64,000 nucleotides of DNA from Hydrolagus colliei (taxonomy: Eukaryota): positions 52,948,001-53,012,000 of the forward strand of contig CM068745.1 in assembly GCA_035084275.1 (NCBI GenBank), in the 5' to 3' direction. Under the pieces are notes generated by a model, which did not search any database, was not told the origin of the DNA, and was given only the letters and a program-made list of their open reading frames with translations. Below are positions 48,252 through 61,200 of this stretch, in pieces (within the stretch, counting starts at the first letter, position 1; every line of letters begins with the position of its first letter). The translations under genes and the position numbers were made by a program.

Positions 48252-48386
48252 CAGTCAATTTTCCTACTCTTCTTCGTCCTGCCCCGACCCCTCCCCCCCG
48301 CTCTTGTCCTTACCTAATTGTACAGCGCCTTGGGACGTCCTCTCGACGTGAAAGTCGCTATATAAATATAAGTTTTGTTTGTTTGC
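48252..48386 (+). mobile_element. 3' end of the (TTTG)n-tailed SINE variant
   Basis: Matches the reverse complement of 8160-8297. Confidence 0.85.
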
Positions 48387-48829
48387 TTTTAAGCAAGAAA
48401 GTAGATGGTGGTAAGGAGAGTGCAATGATAACTTCACTGAGTGTTGTAAAGAAAGTGTTTTGGGGTGGACTATCCATTTGCTCAGTTAAATTTGTTTATG
48501 GATAATTGATGCATTATAGCAGTTACCTTAAACTCTGCTGATATTTATGCTAATTTTTTTTAGCCTATGAGTTAATCTTGATGCTTAATCTCCCATTAGT
48601 TTTCCATGGACATCCTTTTTAATGGTGCATGAAATGTGTGACCAGGCATGTGAGTGCACTTAAAGAATATCTATGATGGGGACTTAAACAATAGTGAAGG
48701 GCTGGGGCGAGATCCTTCCTTAACCATACCTGAGATAGAAACACAATATAATTGACTTTTATCCAAGAAAACTGCGACAATGATAAAACACTTAGTGATT
48801 CAGCACATTCCTCCAATAATTGGAGATTG

Positions 48830-49213
48830 GTATTATTCTTCTTAGGTTGAGGGGAGATTTAAGTAGAGGCATTCAAAATTATGAGAGTGGATAGGGAGAA
48901 ACTATTTCCTCTGATTGGTGGGTTGGTAACCAGAGTACACTGATTTAAGATAATTGGCAAGAGAGCCAGAGAGGAAACAAGGAGAATTATTTTTACCCCG
49001 CGAGTTGTTATATAAATGGAAGTTGTGGTTGTTACGGTCTGAAATGCGCTGCCTGAAACAGATTTGATAATACTTTCATAAGGAAATAGGATAGGTACTT
49101 AAGAAGGAAACATTTGAATGGTCATGGGGTAAGATAAGAGCAGGGAAGTGGGGCTAGTTAACATAGGAATGATGAGCTGAATGGCTCCTGTGCTATAAGA
49201 TTCTATGATTCTT
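48830..49213 (+). mobile_element. CR1 LINE 3' fragment
   Basis: 'aggttgaggggagattt...ttcaaaattatgag...gtggatagggagaaactatttcct...gagttgtt...tgcctgaaa...gctgaatggctcctgtgctataagattctatgattct'. Confidence 0.85.
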
Positions 49214-49673
49214 CATAATATTGTGTTGTTTTTATTGTACTGTAGTTATATGAAAGGAAACGTAACACTTTATGTAAATTTTAACTTTTCTTTCACTGTG
49301 AAAAAGTTGAATGTTTTAGTTTCCAAATTACGGTAGTTGGTTAAGGGGGGTGGGGTTCAGAGTGAAATAAAATCCTAATTTGTAACACAATTGTAACGTT
49401 TTTTGGGTTGCCATTCTTGTGTGTGCAAAATGTTTGGGCAATTATATTCCCCTCACAAGAAGATAATAAAAGGCATAAGTAAAGACACTTCCTTGACAAG
49501 GAGTTCTCATCCAGAATTCCATGATTGCTGGACTAGCAGCAAGCTGAAAGGTCAGTGAAAATTGGAAAGACAGATGTGGTGAGGGTGAGAGAGGAGAGGA
49601 AATGCATAAACTCTGCATGTGATACCAAATGCCCTTTTAAAAGCTCCAATATACCAGGGGAGGGGGAAGGTCA

Positions 49674-49714
49674 AACTCTCTGAGTAGCTACTAACTCTCT
49701 GAGTAGCTGCTAAC
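49674..49714. repeat. 19-bp tandem duplication
   Basis: AACTCTCTGAGTAGCTACT / AACTCTCTGAGTAGCTGCT / AAC. Confidence 0.85.
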
Positions 49715-50334
49715 ATCTTAAGATATAAAAGTCACATGCTGTGTCCGGAAAGCTATTATTCTAACTTATCTTGAATACCTGTAACATTTCCTGTTGCTTA
49801 GAGATGACATTTATATTTGTAACTACCATGCTGGAATGTCCAGTCCATTAAAATTGTGTAATTTTTCATATCTTGAGATATTATTTGAATGATAAACCTT
49901 GAGAACCATCTTCTGCAAATGCTTCATTTGTAGGAATAATTGATATCATGTAGGTAAGATCATCAGCCACCAGATAGGGCATTTGTCTTTCGATACTTAG
50001 GAAATTTAAGCTTGAAGACTGAGTTCTCTAACATTGTATAAAGTTAGTATGAAAATTCCCACTGCTCTCTCCAGAGTGGAAAGAAAACAAAATGGAGCTG
50101 AACCTCTTACATGTTCTCGATTAAGTCCTGGTGTCTGAATTGCTGTGGTTTGGGATTAAATACAACAGTTAATTTTTAAAATAACAACAACAAATTACAT
50201 TTGCGTAGCGCCTTTCATATCGCCGGGATGTCTTAAGGCACCAAATAAAGTATTTGTGTTTCCGTTTAAAATCATATTTAGGGGTTAAAATAGACTAAAC
50301 ATTCCATCTTGAATGGTCTCCTGCCTCCCACCGT

Positions 50335-50465
50335 TTTGCCCACAAAATGTGCAGTCAATTCACTTTACAGTTAATTCATTTCACTTTATTCTGTGAAGTG
50401 CTTTGAAATATCTTGAAGATGTGACAAGGCACAATATCAAATGCAAAGATGATTATTATTATTTT
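50335..50465 (+). mobile_element. tRNA-Deu-L2 SINE 3' fragment
   Basis: 'cccacaaaatgtgcagtcaattcactttacag...tgtgaagtgctttga...caaatgcaaagatgattattatt'. Confidence 0.8.
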
Positions 50466-52536
50466 CTATTAAAATATACTTCTATCTTTCAGAAGCACCA
50501 AAAATGCAAGAATTATGATTATTATTTTCTTTTAAAATTTGATGCTTTTTCCCACCGTTTAAAATTCACAAGGGATAAAGCAAATAAAAGATTGTGAATT
50601 ATCCTATAAGTACAGCGGGGGTGAAAATTACACTAAAAATTGTAAGATTTTAGAATATTACCCGCATTATTTTGTTATAGAAAATCACAGAAGCTTTCCA
50701 ATGGTTGTCCTAGGTTGCTGAAACTGGGTGGCGTATATGGATAAAATGTTTAATGCCTTAACCGTAATATATCTCCCATCCTGATGAGTATAAAACATCA
50801 CAAAACATATTTAAAACAGTTAGAAAATAATAACAAAGCTATTAACATTGCTTTCATTGCACTCTCGTGAGATCTGTTAAATAATCTTGAGCCAGTTGCA
50901 AAATTGCTGCACATGTTTGATTGATTTTGTGTGCAATAAATAAACAGGCCACTACCAATTATATTTGATTTGGTGGCCCACTTAATAAGATGGGAGTCCA
51001 CATACTACTCAACCCGAGTTAAAAAAACCCAGCTTCAATCTGAGGATCGTGTTCCAACGTGTAAACATCAAACAGTCAAGAGCTGCAATGGAGCAGGATA
51101 TAGCATTCTTAATAAAAAACAATTTATCACTGCATGTAAATAGTTATTTATGATCGAACCTTTTGTCTTATGTGACCTTAAGGCCTGTTTGCTCTGAGCG
51201 ATCCCAAACAGTTTGGATCATGTTGATCTGAAGGGAATGCGATTATCTTAGCGTTTAGATGCGCTGCGGTTTTCCTCCAGGCCATAAGTGACCAGGGATT
51301 GCAATCAGACTGTGGCCACCAGTCTGATTTGAATCACATTGATGTGCAGCCAGCTTTAAACTTGCATCAGGAGGTGGGATAAATTTTATTCTGGAATATA
51401 TATGGAAATAAACATCTTTGTGCCTTTTATACTGGCTAATTAAATAAAAAACAGCTGCAAATTTATAACAATGCAAATTTACTGCTGCAAGAAAAAAAAG
51501 GGTCTCTTATAAAGCATCCATATTGTATTTTTATCTGGTTGAGCAGACATGTACCTAGCGTGTGCACAGAACTGTGTTGATCCTGTCAATTGAAACAGTC
51601 CTAACACAAATGCGCAAATAACGCAAGTTGAGTGTTTAAAAAAGAACATAGTCACTACGTTTTGAACGTATTGGGATGTGCCTTGGGATGTCCTCCTGAC
51701 GTGAAAGGCGCTATACAAATGTAATTTTGTAGATGTTGTTGAACTACCTGTCCTTTAGATGGGTTTAAAACCTTTAGATCAGCATTCAGTTGGTATTGGA
51801 AAGTGGTTCTGGAAAAGCTTTCAAATTTCTATGTGTTGACATGATTACTGGGTTGCTTTTGGTACTATTTTTTTCAACAAGATTTCTTACTTTATGTGGT
51901 TGTGTGGTACTGATTTACTGGAATGCTCCAACTTGATTTTTCTTTCCATACTTGGAGTGGAATTTACTCCTTTTAATGCTGGTGAAAAACATTTTTTTTT
52001 AAAAAAAGCAATTGTACTTACTCTTGGTGCCTTTTACAACACTGTGAAGAGGAATCAGATTGAAGATAAAAACAAGTGGAAACCACAGGCAGCTCAGAAT
52101 TGCGGGGCCAATAAGGATGTAAATGCTAGACAATATTTTAAATTGCCACTACCGATTGGTTGTAGAGCTAAATATTACTTGCTTCAAACAAAAGTTTTGC
52201 AAGGAATGCTGAGTTAGCAGAACTATCGTTCTGAATGATAGTTGCAAATCCTTCTTTGCTCATTAATTCTGTCTTGTTCTCCTACAAAATAGATATTGCC
52301 AGATATTGGTGGACAAGGCAATGAGGAGTGCGTTTGTTTATATGTGAATGGAGAACCTTATAGGATTGAGGGCTGTTCTGAAAAGCCCCAATGCTATGCA
52401 TCAGGCATAACATTAAACCTTTGTTAACCAACAACAACAAATTATATTTATATAGCACTTTTCACGTCGGGAAGTAATACCCCAATGACTGAATAGAATG
52501 TATACCAAGTTCCTGTGTTTTTTTCTTAACATAGAT

Positions 52537-52790
52537 CAGGGCGAAACCTTGGGCAAATTTCCTTACTTCACATGCCTAATAATAATTCATCCAAAAAAAA
52601 CACAATAATAAAAATTGGTAATTTCAATCCATGACTATCTGTGGGATACTGCTGTGCACAATTGGCTGCTGTATTTCGCCCACAAGTGTACAGTCAATTC
52701 ACTTTACAGTATATTGTGTGAAGCGCTTTGAGATGTCTAGAAGACGTGAAAAGCGCCATAACAAATGCAAGGATTATTATTATTATTAAT
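52537..52790 (+). mobile_element. Young tRNA-Deu-L2 SINE (head truncated)
   Basis: 'cagggcgaaaccttgggcaaatttccttactt...aagcgctttgagatgtctagaagacgtgaaaagcgcc...(tta)n'. Confidence 0.9.
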
Positions 52791-53112
52791 AAGTTGGTCA
52801 ATGTACACATAGCAATATCCTACAAACAGCTATGAAGTGATCACATTTTATAGTAAATCCTGTGGAATGCTTTGAGACATCCTGATGTGAACAACACCAT
52901 CTGAAACACAAATATTTTGGGGGGGAATTTTTGAAAAAAATTATATTGTACTACATAATTTGTTGGTTGTGGAAAAACAAATACATCTACCATGTTTAGA
53001 ATTCATCTAAGAATTTTTCAAACTTCTACATGATTTTCAATGAGACACTGGTCTGAAGCCCACGAAAATGTCTGGCCTTGGTTGCCTAATAGGGAAAATT
53101 TGATAAAATACA

Positions 53113-53268
53113 TAATAATAATCCTTTGCATTTGATATAGCACTTTTCACATCTTCTAGACTTCCCAAAGCGCTTCACAGAATATACTGTAAAGTGAATT
53201 GACTATATATTTGTGGGCGAAACTTGGCAGCCAATTGCTCAAGCTGTGTCCCACAAACAGTCGTGGAT
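53113..53268 (-). mobile_element. Young tRNA-Deu-L2 SINE 3' half
   Basis: Reverse complement of 52628-52785. Confidence 0.9.
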
Positions 53269-55109
53269 ATTCATATTGATGTTCATTTGACTTAAATAAT
53301 AATTTTAATATTTGGTATAGTGCCTTTCACATTGGACAGACATCTCAAAAGCAACAACTCAAAAACGTAATCACATATACTGTACTTGTAAAAGTATTAA
53401 TGACTATACTCTACAAGTCTATAGAATACATCTTAGCACTTGGTGCAAATTAACTTCAACACAGCAATGGAATGTCACTGGTCTTGTGAATGTATGTTCT
53501 CTAAGCAAACTCAACCTGTATTAATTTTCTGAAAATAAAATAATGAAGAAAAACAAACTACTTTACTATAAAATGGTTTCAAATGTAAAGAAATTTTATA
53601 CTGAGTGGAATATTTCAAAAGGCTCCCTGAGACCATCATTATCACTGGATGGATGTATTCACCTCTGGGTACGTTTTAGCTTGTAATTTCTGTGGAATTA
53701 AACAAATACTGTACTATTTTCCCATGACAGTGTTTTGTAAACTTATCAATGGCTTACTTGATGCAATCATCAGAACACATTGTACCTTTACTATAGAATA
53801 AAATAATCCTTGTATCAATTGTCATCTTGCCATGAAATCAATGACCCATAGTTATGCTGGCTCTTATTCTTTCCTTCCCTGAGATTTGACAAACATTTGC
53901 TTTCATAAACAGAATATCCCTTTAAAACTTCAAGTCAAAGCTTTGATATGAAGCTTACTGTGTCTAGGAATTGTGCTATTTAATATATCCTAACTGTCCT
54001 TTAGTCATGCTGGAAAGCGCTAAGTGAGTGTGAGATGAGTTAATATGGCACAACTAGTTTGTAATGTTATGTTTGTGGAATGAATCTTGCAGTACAGTAC
54101 TGTATCTTGACTCATGACTCAATAATGTTTTCCACTCTTCCAAATTGCATGGCCTCTTTGTCTTCAGGGCTCTGTCTTCCAGGTAAACAGACTATTTACT
54201 ATTTGCCTTCTCTTTAATGTGAGTGGTTTAAAATCTGGGAACCACAAAAGGTGACTCCAGTTGTGTGCCCAATTTGCCTTTACATATAATGGCAATGTTC
54301 CTACAACATCAATATTAATACTGTACCTTAACAATTCTCTTCAGGTCCCTCGAGTACTAATCCATCTCTTGTAAGATCTCTTAACTCATGGAGATAACAT
54401 TTATATTTTCTGCCATCTTTTGGCCAACAAGGTGAATGTTGGCTCTGTTTTCATGCAAGATGAAATTTCCCCAGTGAAACTCCATAACTCTGCACAACTA
54501 CTTGCAGGATCTCCTCACAAAATAGCCAATTTTAGTAATTCGGGCACCTAAATGTGTATCTTATTTACAAAGGTTCATGTGGGAATTGGGTTGGTCATAT
54601 GGCATTTTTGGAGAAAACCTAAGAGAGATTTGCACTTGACCTTATCGCTATGTCAGACCTCAAGCACTCATTATTGTTAAAAGCATTATTGTTCTATAGC
54701 ATTGATTTAAGTACAAAATATCCCCTTCTCCCTGAAAAACAATGAAGTTTAGGATAACTGCCATCCAAATCACTCATTCTCTGTTATAAATTAATTTGAA
54801 AGACATTGATCTAACATTTATGATGGAGCCAACTGTGCAGTATTGAAAATATTGCCCATTATTTCATATACAAATAGAAACAAGAGAATAAATATAGTTG
54901 TAGATTAGTGGACATGTCACTTCGCTTCTGGACATTGGTGGGAACAATGTACAATAACAAATAATTTCAGGTCACTGTGAACCTTAGCATAGCTTTGTAC
55001 CTCCATTGAAAATCTGGCCATGGGTTCTGTGAGCACTTGGCTTTGTCTGGTGCCAAACCAATTTTTGGTGTGCTTTAAATTCACCGAAATGGACATTTCC
55101 CATATCTAC

Positions 55110-55920
55110 TATTGCTTAAATAATACATGTTATTGCATCAGCTTTTATACAATATATTTAAATTGAAAGAAAAGCGCACTTAATTTGCTTATCAGAATAT
55201 TTATACAGCTTATTCAGCAGGGTAAAGGGCTGCTGGAATATGAATATTTAGCAAAGATGCAAAAGCTGTCGGCATTCATTTATATAATCTGTCCAGGACA
55301 ATTTGAAAGTTCATGTGTGATCTTTTTTTCCCCCACTTTTTTTTAATTGCGAAGAGTTTCTTCTAAATATTGTCATTTTCTATTAAAGAGGTACATGACC
55401 AATTAGTATGGCAAAATTACTTGAGGCATATTACAATCTTCATGCACCACATCACATGCCTAATCAAGCACTTACTCTCAAGAAGGCTCAGAACTGTCCA
55501 TCTGTAGGTTTTATGTATGAAACTTGTCATCCTTCTGATTGCTAATTCCAGGGGTAAGGGTATTGCCTCCAATGACAGAGTTGCCGTTGTAAATAAATCA
55601 GGTGTGTTTATTTAATCCTGAATGTTGCTACAGTAGAAAATCTGATGCAATCACATCACGTGGACAGGAGAAAATAATCAAAAGCAATATGTGATCTTAT
55701 CAGTTTCTGTCCTTATTGTTCCAAATCGTTGGACATTAAATGGGACTTTGATCATCTTTGATTCAAAGTGATTTGTGAATGTTAACTTGTGAGATGTTAT
55801 CAGATTTTGACTGTAAATTTTTTCCTTTTGTATAGCAAATTCTGAGTATGATTAATTTGTGTTTGCTTGGATTATTATTCCAGAGTGCTTTTGAGTGAAT
55901 TGGCTTTAAAGGGAGTTATG
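55110..55920. promoter_or_regulatory. Candidate conserved non-coding element (intron 2)
   Basis: Repeat-free; TGACAG at 55573, ATAAATCA at 55593-55600, three TCF/LEF cores at 55746-55768. Confidence 0.5.
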
Positions 55921-57360
55921 GTGAAATGAAAGCGGTAGCTTTACTGTTGCAAAGATTGTAGTACAGTAGTAGTTTCTGGATGGTTAAGCTATCTGTTCCC
56001 CTCCCTCATGTCTCCTCCCCATCAAAAAAATGACAATGTATAATGGAGTGCAGGAACAAGAAAAAGCCATTTGATCATCAAGCTTGTTTCCAGATCATGG
56101 ACTCCAGTAGTGCAGAAAGTATCTTTGCCTGTTTACGCCTACATCTATTACCTCTACCTGCTGTACTGAACTCATCCATTTTTTTGAAGAGTTGATCAAC
56201 ATTCTGTTAAACAGTTTTCGAAGTGGGTCTTTTCCACATAACTTCTCTCTGGGAAGAAAAACAATGATCTAATCTCTAACCAACCTCAGTGCAACCTGTA
56301 CTACAGTATTTGAAATGAACTCTTAGTAAGTAGGAACTTCAGCAGCAGTTGTCAAGACATACATTGTGTCTTTGTGACATGTTCTTATTGAATCTACTTG
56401 ACCTGGAAATACATTTTTGCTTTTATCCTAATTGCCAATTCATATTAGCTGAATTATAGATTCTATTCATATAAACCAACCAAAAATGTAAAAAAGAGAT
56501 TATTGTTTTAGATCATGGTCAGCATCTATACTGGAACATTTCTCTTGAATGTTTCTGTGATATTTGAGAAGATTTGATATGAGCCTCCTTTTGTCGCTCT
56601 GTCTTTGAACCATTTATTGCAATAGTTCAGTCAACTCTCATGAATGGCTTTGACAAATATTTGAATATAAATACATGTATATGATGATATTTTGCTATTG
56701 CTATCGGTGATTATTTTATCATTATTGAAATAAAGAATGAAGTTTAAAATTAATATTGAATAGTGCTAGAGTAGTGGTGGGAAAAGTTTAATTTATGGTA
56801 TTTCTTAATATAAAGTGTACAATTAAAATTCTAAAGCACTGAATGTGCTCAAGAATGTGTGTTTCAGCGCAATCAATATGGTGCACACATTCTATATTTC
56901 GCAACTTAAAAAATTCTACGCAAGTTATACACTTAACATCGCAAGTTAAACCTCAGTGTCAGATTTGTTTTAGCAGCATCTGTGTTTAGATGGATGAGCT
57001 GACCCAGGCTTTATAGACCACAGTGATTACAATCCTGGAGGCGGGTGATGGAGAGGAGACAAAGGTTGCTGAGAGACCATGGCTACAGCCAAGAGATTGA
57101 AAAGCACAGAAATGGGAGATTGGACAGATAGAGCCGGAAAATAAATGATAGAGAAAGCATGACCCAAACAATAAGTGTGGGTGAGGGGAGATCCTAAAGA
57201 GAGAGCAAATTAAAGTTTAGTGGTGACAGACTCTCAGGGCAGGAACCCTCTGGTGATCTTACTTTTCATGCAACTCTCTTAAGTATTGTGTTATCAACAT
57301 AGTGCATCATTGTACAGATTGCAGTTACAGAATGACCAGATACATTTCACAACTGCAACT

Positions 57361-58233
57361 GAAAATGAACAAGTTGGTATTACATATGCGTTTGAGCAAA
57401 GCACACTCAGCCCAGGACTGATGGCTGCAGATTTGTTCACTGAACAACAACGTTTTGACTTTTTTCCCCAATTGATTAATAAGTAAAGCTTATTTTAAAC
57501 GAGCTGTGGAGGAGTATTTATTTTCTGTTTTTGTGTTGGAAATGAATGACATGCTGCTGCCAATGCCAGTCCCTGCACCTTTTTATTTAAACTGTAAGAT
57601 CTTGATCTGATATCAATACCTACGTGTACATTGTGATGAGGTGTATTAAAATACAAACCTACCATTAATGAAGCCCGGTTTTTGTGTTAGTTATCATCAT
57701 CGCCCTGGCCTGCCAGCTGATTTTACACTAATTCAGTTCAAAATATCATGAACCTTATAAATAACAATCCTTGCATTTGGTATCGCGCTTTTCACATTTT
57801 CTGGAGTCCCAAAGTGCTTTAAGCTTGTTTAATATTGACATACAGTCAACTTGGGCAATTTTCCTTACTTCACATGCCTAATAATATTCCCTCAAAAACA
57901 ATTGGTAACTTCAATCCACAACTTTGTGGGACACTGCTATGCGCAATTGGCTGCCAAGTAATGCCCTTAAATATACAGTCAATTCACTTTACAGTACATC
58001 CTGTAAATCACTTTGAGACATCTAGAAGACATGAAAAGCACTATATCAAATGCAAGTTATTATTATTACGAAAATAAACAAGTTGGTATTACATGTACGT
58101 TTGAGCAAAGCACACTCAGCCCAGGACTGATGGCTGTGAATTTGTTCACTGAACAACAACATTTTGACTTTTTTCCCCCAATTGATTAATAAGTAACGCT
58201 TATTTTAAATGAGCTGTGGAGGAGTATTTATTT
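57361..58233. repeat. ~163-bp dispersed direct repeat (57361-57523 and 58070-58233)
   Basis: About 10 differences by eye; the second copy starts immediately after a SINE (TTA)n tail. Confidence 0.92.
57850..58069 (+). mobile_element. Young tRNA-Deu-L2 SINE (head truncated); opposite-strand SINE tail at ~57765-57822
   Basis: 'ttgggcaattttccttacttcacatgcc...gtgggacactgctatgcgcaattggctgcc...aaatgcaagttattattatta'. Confidence 0.9.
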
Positions 58234-61200
58234 ATTTATCTGTCTCTCAAACAAACATGTAGTCTTTATTCAGTCAGTTCAGCAATTCTACTTCAAGTGC
58301 CAGAGTTATTTCACAGGAGTTGATTAGAGAATCTAATCCAGTGTGTATAAGGGATTTGTCACTGAGGGATTTATCCCACTGAGGGTCCTTTGAGATATTT
58401 GAGTAAAAGAATGTCTTTCTGGGATTTTCAGGTAAATTTGCAAGTTTGAAAAGGGAATTGCTTGGCATAACTAGGAATTGCAGTGTTCAGCTAATGCTGT
58501 CAACACATATCAGCGCAACACATGATGGCCCATATTTAATGGAGGTTGGACTGGCTTTGAGTGCACAAAGTAAATAAATATATTAATTATAACAGGTTGT
58601 GCCAGTGCTAGGAGCTACCGTCGTGGTACATTAGAGAGGGCATGCTGGGGAAATGTGAGTAGGCTGTCCAAGCTCCACAGGACATAATCTTACTTTGGAA
58701 TGTGTTGATGCAGAATTGATTGCTCACCAATGCACATTAATCCAAGATTGTACTGGCATTGCCCTATGAGCATGAAATCTTATTTTATACGATCATATTT
58801 TTGGAAAGCCAAATGGCTCTTATCCGAAGAGGGAAGAAACTAAAGATGCTTAACTTATCCTTTTCCTTTAAAAATAACACACTTGGGTAGTGTATGCTCT
58901 GAATCAGAATGGTACTTGTGATTCTATCTGAAATGCACAGTCAGTATTGCTTCATAGTTAGGAATGAAATTTTGAATTTGTGAGAGGGGCACTCTGAATA
59001 GTACTCATTGAGGCCTAGGCTAGCGCTTGTGATTGCTCTATGTATTTAACTCAGCATTTGATTGTCATCGTTAAACTGGGAAATAGGTCAGATCAAGTGC
59101 TATCTGGAAAGGAGTGTATCGGTGATTTGCACTTGGAAATGATACCAGTTGGAATTGCTATTATTGAAATCAGAGGACTGAAACTTTAGTCATCACTCCA
59201 TGTTGCTGCATTGACTATGTAGCCTTTTAATCCTGACAGGAAAATTGAACGGAATAAATGTGTAGGGATATCAACACCAGGGAATACTAAAATTGTGTGA
59301 ATACCACTTTAGATTGGTGGGATGATGGATATATAGATTAAACTGCTAATAAACCACCATGAAAATATGATGAGGTCGATGGATTAGACAGAAATAACAC
59401 AAATATCCAATGATTTTATTTCTGATCATATCAGAAACAATCATGTGCAACAGACAAGATACACTACTAAAACTTTAAATTAAATTAGAAATTACCCTAA
59501 ACATATGTAGCATTGCATTCAGTTCTTAAAGATTATGAAACTCAGTACAGTATTTGGAATGTAACCAACATTTGAATTTCAAAATATAAAGATTTAAAAT
59601 TCCATTCCAAACTCATCCACACACATTTGTCTCAGGAACAAAGTTAACCTGAATAAGGAGAAATCACTGTTGTAAAATGCTATTCAGAGGAAAACTTTGT
59701 TCAATAAAATCCTTGGCAAATTTGTGGACACTGGCTATCAGAGAAATCCAGATGCCTCTTAATTTCTGTCATATCATCCCACACTACTGAGTGCACAAGT
59801 TGTACATCTGAGATAAATTAAATTCCTATAGATGGAGAAGTTCTGTTTGGAGACTGAAGCAGCTCAGACTGTTTGTGGATTTTGGAGAACAAAATATTTT
59901 GCACTATTATTTTTGCCGATGACATCAACTGTATGCTGAGGTGATGTTTAGAATGGAGATCGCTAATACTGAACTGCCGATGATGTGAGTGAGCTAAGGC
60001 CTGGAATGTATGTTTTAATAGATTAACTCCAATTCCAACCATGCTGGATTCACAGATTCACTCAATATATTTCATTGCAGAAAAAAAGATTGAGTGAACA
60101 TGATCTTTGTTTTCAAAATAGAAGCAAATATGTGAACACAATCAGTCTGTTTAACTGAGACAGTGAGAGCACACAAAAGTAAACCAGTCTGATACTAACA
60201 AAACTTCTAATGGAGTAAAATATTTTCCCCTCAATAAGTGATGTTTATATCAAACAAGCTGTTTAGAACAGATTCCTAACACATATAAAAGGTTGTATTG
60301 TCATAATATATAGTTAACTGGTTGTTTTTTCTGGTTACAAATTTAGTTATGGGATAGATAGAGAGTGAGAGATGATCAAATAGTTCTATGCCTTGCTGAA
60401 ACTTGACATCTTCTCTAGAAAAAAATGGCCACATCTGAATATTGGAGATGTATGTATTGGTATATCAGCTGGAGTTTTACTTGACCATGTTTGAAATTCA
60501 AATAGTAAATGGTGGTGTCTGTTCAAGGAGAAGGCTTGATAGGCTGAAAAATCTTTGCTCTCCTTTATTCTTATGCTCTTTCTCTTGGCCATGATTAATG
60601 ATCATAATACTGAATTAACATCAAATGTTCTGGCATCTTTAATACTCTAAATGAATAATTGCTATACAAATGTTATTGCTATTGTATTCAGGTTTAATTT
60701 ACCCTGTAAATCTGACCCAAATTGACAGAACATTTCAAATAAAAGTAAATGTATCCAAGGACATTTTTACATAAAATAACAAATTAACAAAAATTTGTGA
60801 TGTTACCTTTGAAGGTACGCAAAACTTGGGTGCTTGACCTGTTAGTTTTGTTCTTCAGTGAAGCTCTTGGGAGCTGAGTGTTCTCCTGAGCAGAATGCTC
60901 TCCCAATGGTCCTGTGAGCTGAGTATAGGAGTGAATGGCCTCAATGGGCGATATAATAACATTATATATTAATAAGGACACATAAGGTGTCCCATTGGGC
61001 TCTAGTATCAACATTCCAAGGCACATTTAGTCAATGGAGCGATTTCATCAATTAGAATATGTAAATGTTGTGAGTACATCTCACCAAATACACTGCAGTA
61101 AATGTTATTTATTGGATAGTGTATCATTTGGGATTTTGGAGGGTAGATTTATTCAAATAATTTATTGTACATTTAATATTTCCTTTTGTAATATCTTTGA

